Assembly: GCA_963823665.1 (NCBI GenBank)
Contig: CAWGMQ010000003.1
Span: 1,728,001-1,792,000 of the forward strand
DNA from: an uncultured Planctomycetota bacterium
Lineage (GTDB): Bacteria > Planctomycetota > Planctomycetia > Isosphaerales > Isosphaeraceae
Length of the DNA stretch: 64,000 bases
Reading direction: 5' to 3'
Positions 61,837-64,000 of the stretch are shown here, piece by piece. Under the pieces are notes generated by a model, which was not told where the DNA came from, made no database searches, and saw nothing but the letters and a program-made list of their open reading frames with translations. A program made the translations under genes and the position numbers. Positions within the stretch are counted from its first letter, which is position 1; every line of letters begins with the position of its first letter.

Positions 61837-63983
61837 TCAGCTTCGCGGCATCGAGCACGATACGCCGCCGGCTGCCGGTAAGTAGCGGTGTTGTACGTAG
61901 TCCATCACCATCCGGTCCGCGTTGAACCGCCACGCCAGAGTTCGAAGCCCGTTCTTCTGCCGGGCGATCCACTCACGCGGAAGCCCGAACTGGTCCCGGT
62001 TGTAATAAAGCGGGACGACCTCGTTGGTTAGCGTTTCGATCAGTGCCTTCTGGTCGCGTTCGTCCTGGATCGATGGGATGGCATGGGTCTGCCCGATACC
62101 GATGGCAAATCCATTGGTCCCATCATACGCCTCGGCCCACCATCCGTCGAGAATCGAGAAATTGAGCGTCCCGTTGAGCGCCGCCTTCTGGCCCGAGGTA
62201 CCGCTGGCCTCCTGCGGCCGCCGCGGATTGTTCAGCCAGACGTCGACCCCTTGCACCAGTTGCCGCGCCACGTTCATGTCGTAGTCTTCCACGAACACGA
62301 TTCGCGATGCAAACTCCTCCTGCCGCGTGAACCGCACGATCCCCTGGATCAGCTCCTTGCCCATCCGGTCTTCGGGATGGGCCTTGCCGCCGAAAATAAT
62401 CTGGATCGGCCGATCGGTCGACCTCACCAGCTCGAGCAGCCGCGCGACGTCCTGCAGAACGAGCCCCGATCGCTTGTACGTGGCGAACCGCCGCGCAAAA
62501 CCGATCGTCGAGCGCATGCACGTCGAGCACCTCCATGGCCTGCTCGATTTCCGCGTCCGGCTCGTTCCGTCGCCGCGCCTGCGAGACCAGCCGGTTCCGC
62601 ACGAAGTTGATCAACCGGGCCTTGAGCACTTGCTGGGTCTCCCACAGCTCGGCGTCTTCGACCCGGCTGATGCTGGCCCAGGTTTCGGGCAGCCGCTGGT
62701 GCCTGGGCCAATCGCTTCCCAGGTTTCGGTCGTACAGGAGATGCATCTGGGGGGCGACCCAGGTCTGTACGTGAATACCGTTTGTGATGTGGCCGATCGG
62801 CACGTTTTCCTCGGCCGCATTCACGAAAAGCGGCTGCCACATCCGCCGCGAGACCGTCCCGTGCAGGGCACTCACGCCGTTTGCATATCGCGAGAGCCGC
62901 AGCGCCAGCACCGTCATGCAGAACGGCTCATTGGGGTCGCCCGGATAAACCCGCCCGAGCCCCATGAAGTCCTCGTACGAGAGATGCAGCGATTCCCGGA
63001 TCGATCCCAGGTGCTCCTCGACCAGAGGCGCGGGGAAACGATCGTGCCCGGCGGCGACCGGAGTGTGTGTCGTGAAAACGGTCATCGCCGACACGTCGCG
63101 CATCACCTCGCCGAACGGCTGCCCGCTCGATTCCATCATCTGGCGGACCATCTCGAGGGTCGCAAAGGCACTATGGCCCTCGTTCAAATGCAACACCCCG
63201 GGCTGGATCGAAAGCGCCTGGAGTGCTCTCACGCCGCCAACCCCGAGCAAGCAGCTCCTGCCGGATCCGTACCCGCGCGTCACCTCCGTAAAGACGCGCC
63301 GTGAGCGAGCGATCCGACTCGCTGTTCTCGGGCACGTTCGAATCTAGCAGGTAGAGTGTGATCCGCCCGACTTCCACCTTCCAGACCCGTGCGTGTAACA
63401 CGCCGGTCGCGATCGCAACGGCCACCAGGAGCGGCTTGCCGTCGGCACCGGTCACACTCTCGATCGGCAGCAGCTCGAGGTCGACGTTCAGGTAAAGCTC
63501 TTGCTGCCAGCCGCTTGAATCCAGGGTCTGACGAAAATACCCCTGGGCATAGAGCAAACCGACTCCCACCAGCGGAATTCCCAGGTCGCTCGCGCTTTTC
63601 AGATGGTCGCCGGCGAGCACGCCCAGGCCGCCCGAGTAGATCGGCAGGCTTTCGTGCAGCCCGAACTCGGCCGAAAAGTAGCAAACCGGCCTCGGCCGTA
63701 ACACCGATGCGTGCAGCGAACCCCAGGACTCGGTGTCGCGCAGATACTCCGAGAGCCGGCGAAATGCGTAATCGATTCGCGAGTCGAGCGCCAGCTCGGC
63801 CGCCCGCCGCTCGAGCTGGTCAACCGGCAGCAGCTTCAGGAACTCGACCGGGTTGTGGTCCACTCGCCGCCACAGAGCCGGATCCAGCTCCCGGAACAGC
63901 CCCATCATGTTCGGCTGCCAGGTCCACCACAGATTACGGGCCAGCTCCCGCAGCTTATCAACCAGTTGGGTCTGACCGACCAT
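61837..63983 (-). CDS. glgP: alpha-glucan (glycogen/maltodextrin) phosphorylase, frameshifts near 63255 and 62510
   Basis: 'YFSAEFG', 'YSGGLGVLAGDHLKSASD', 'HLNEGH', 'FTTHTPV', 'FARRFATYKR', PLP site 'EASGTSGQK'. Confidence 0.93.
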
Positions 63984-64000
63984 GGTCTCACTCCCCGTGT

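Noticed and set aside
61837..63983. Programmed ribosomal frameshifting in glgP or other split genes
   Set aside because: No consistent slippery sites were seen, several genes have multiple shifts, and these families are not known for recoding. Sequencing error is simpler.

Overview
GC-rich bacterial chromosomal window, very likely from a planctomycete of the Isosphaera/Singulisphaera type. The evidence is three DUF1559 prepilin-like genes, a DUF1800/DUF1501 pair, an 'LEGRALLS' extracellular protein, a giant BlaR/M56 protein and a WD40 Ser/Thr kinase. Housekeeping genes include trpB/trpA, nuoL/nuoM, dnaE and an alpha-glucan phosphorylase. About ten genes are split by single-base indels, which most simply indicates uncorrected long-read errors. 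Beyond routine annotation, the window contains: (i) a 1.8 kb gene-free region with two divergent copies of a ~130 bp element that keep their spacing and show coordinated core changes; (ii) phased repeats upstream of a Fic-wHTH gene; (iii) a BlaI-M56-DUF1800-DUF1501 gene run with a visible promoter and operators; (iv) a decayed region at 25.3-33.9 kb holding an OYE::MFS chimera, an internally deleted AraC, a RAYT fragment and a 5'-truncated Leu-type tRNA with a TGG anticodon; (v) a P450 lacking the I-helix acid-alcohol pair, next to a GT1; and (vi) two GT-C-type glycosyltransferases plus a Tat-exported glycosylasparaginase-like enzyme between paralogous DUF1559 modules. No CRISPR array, integrase, reverse transcriptase or intact prophage was seen. 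All family calls come from motif recognition by eye, not from database searches.
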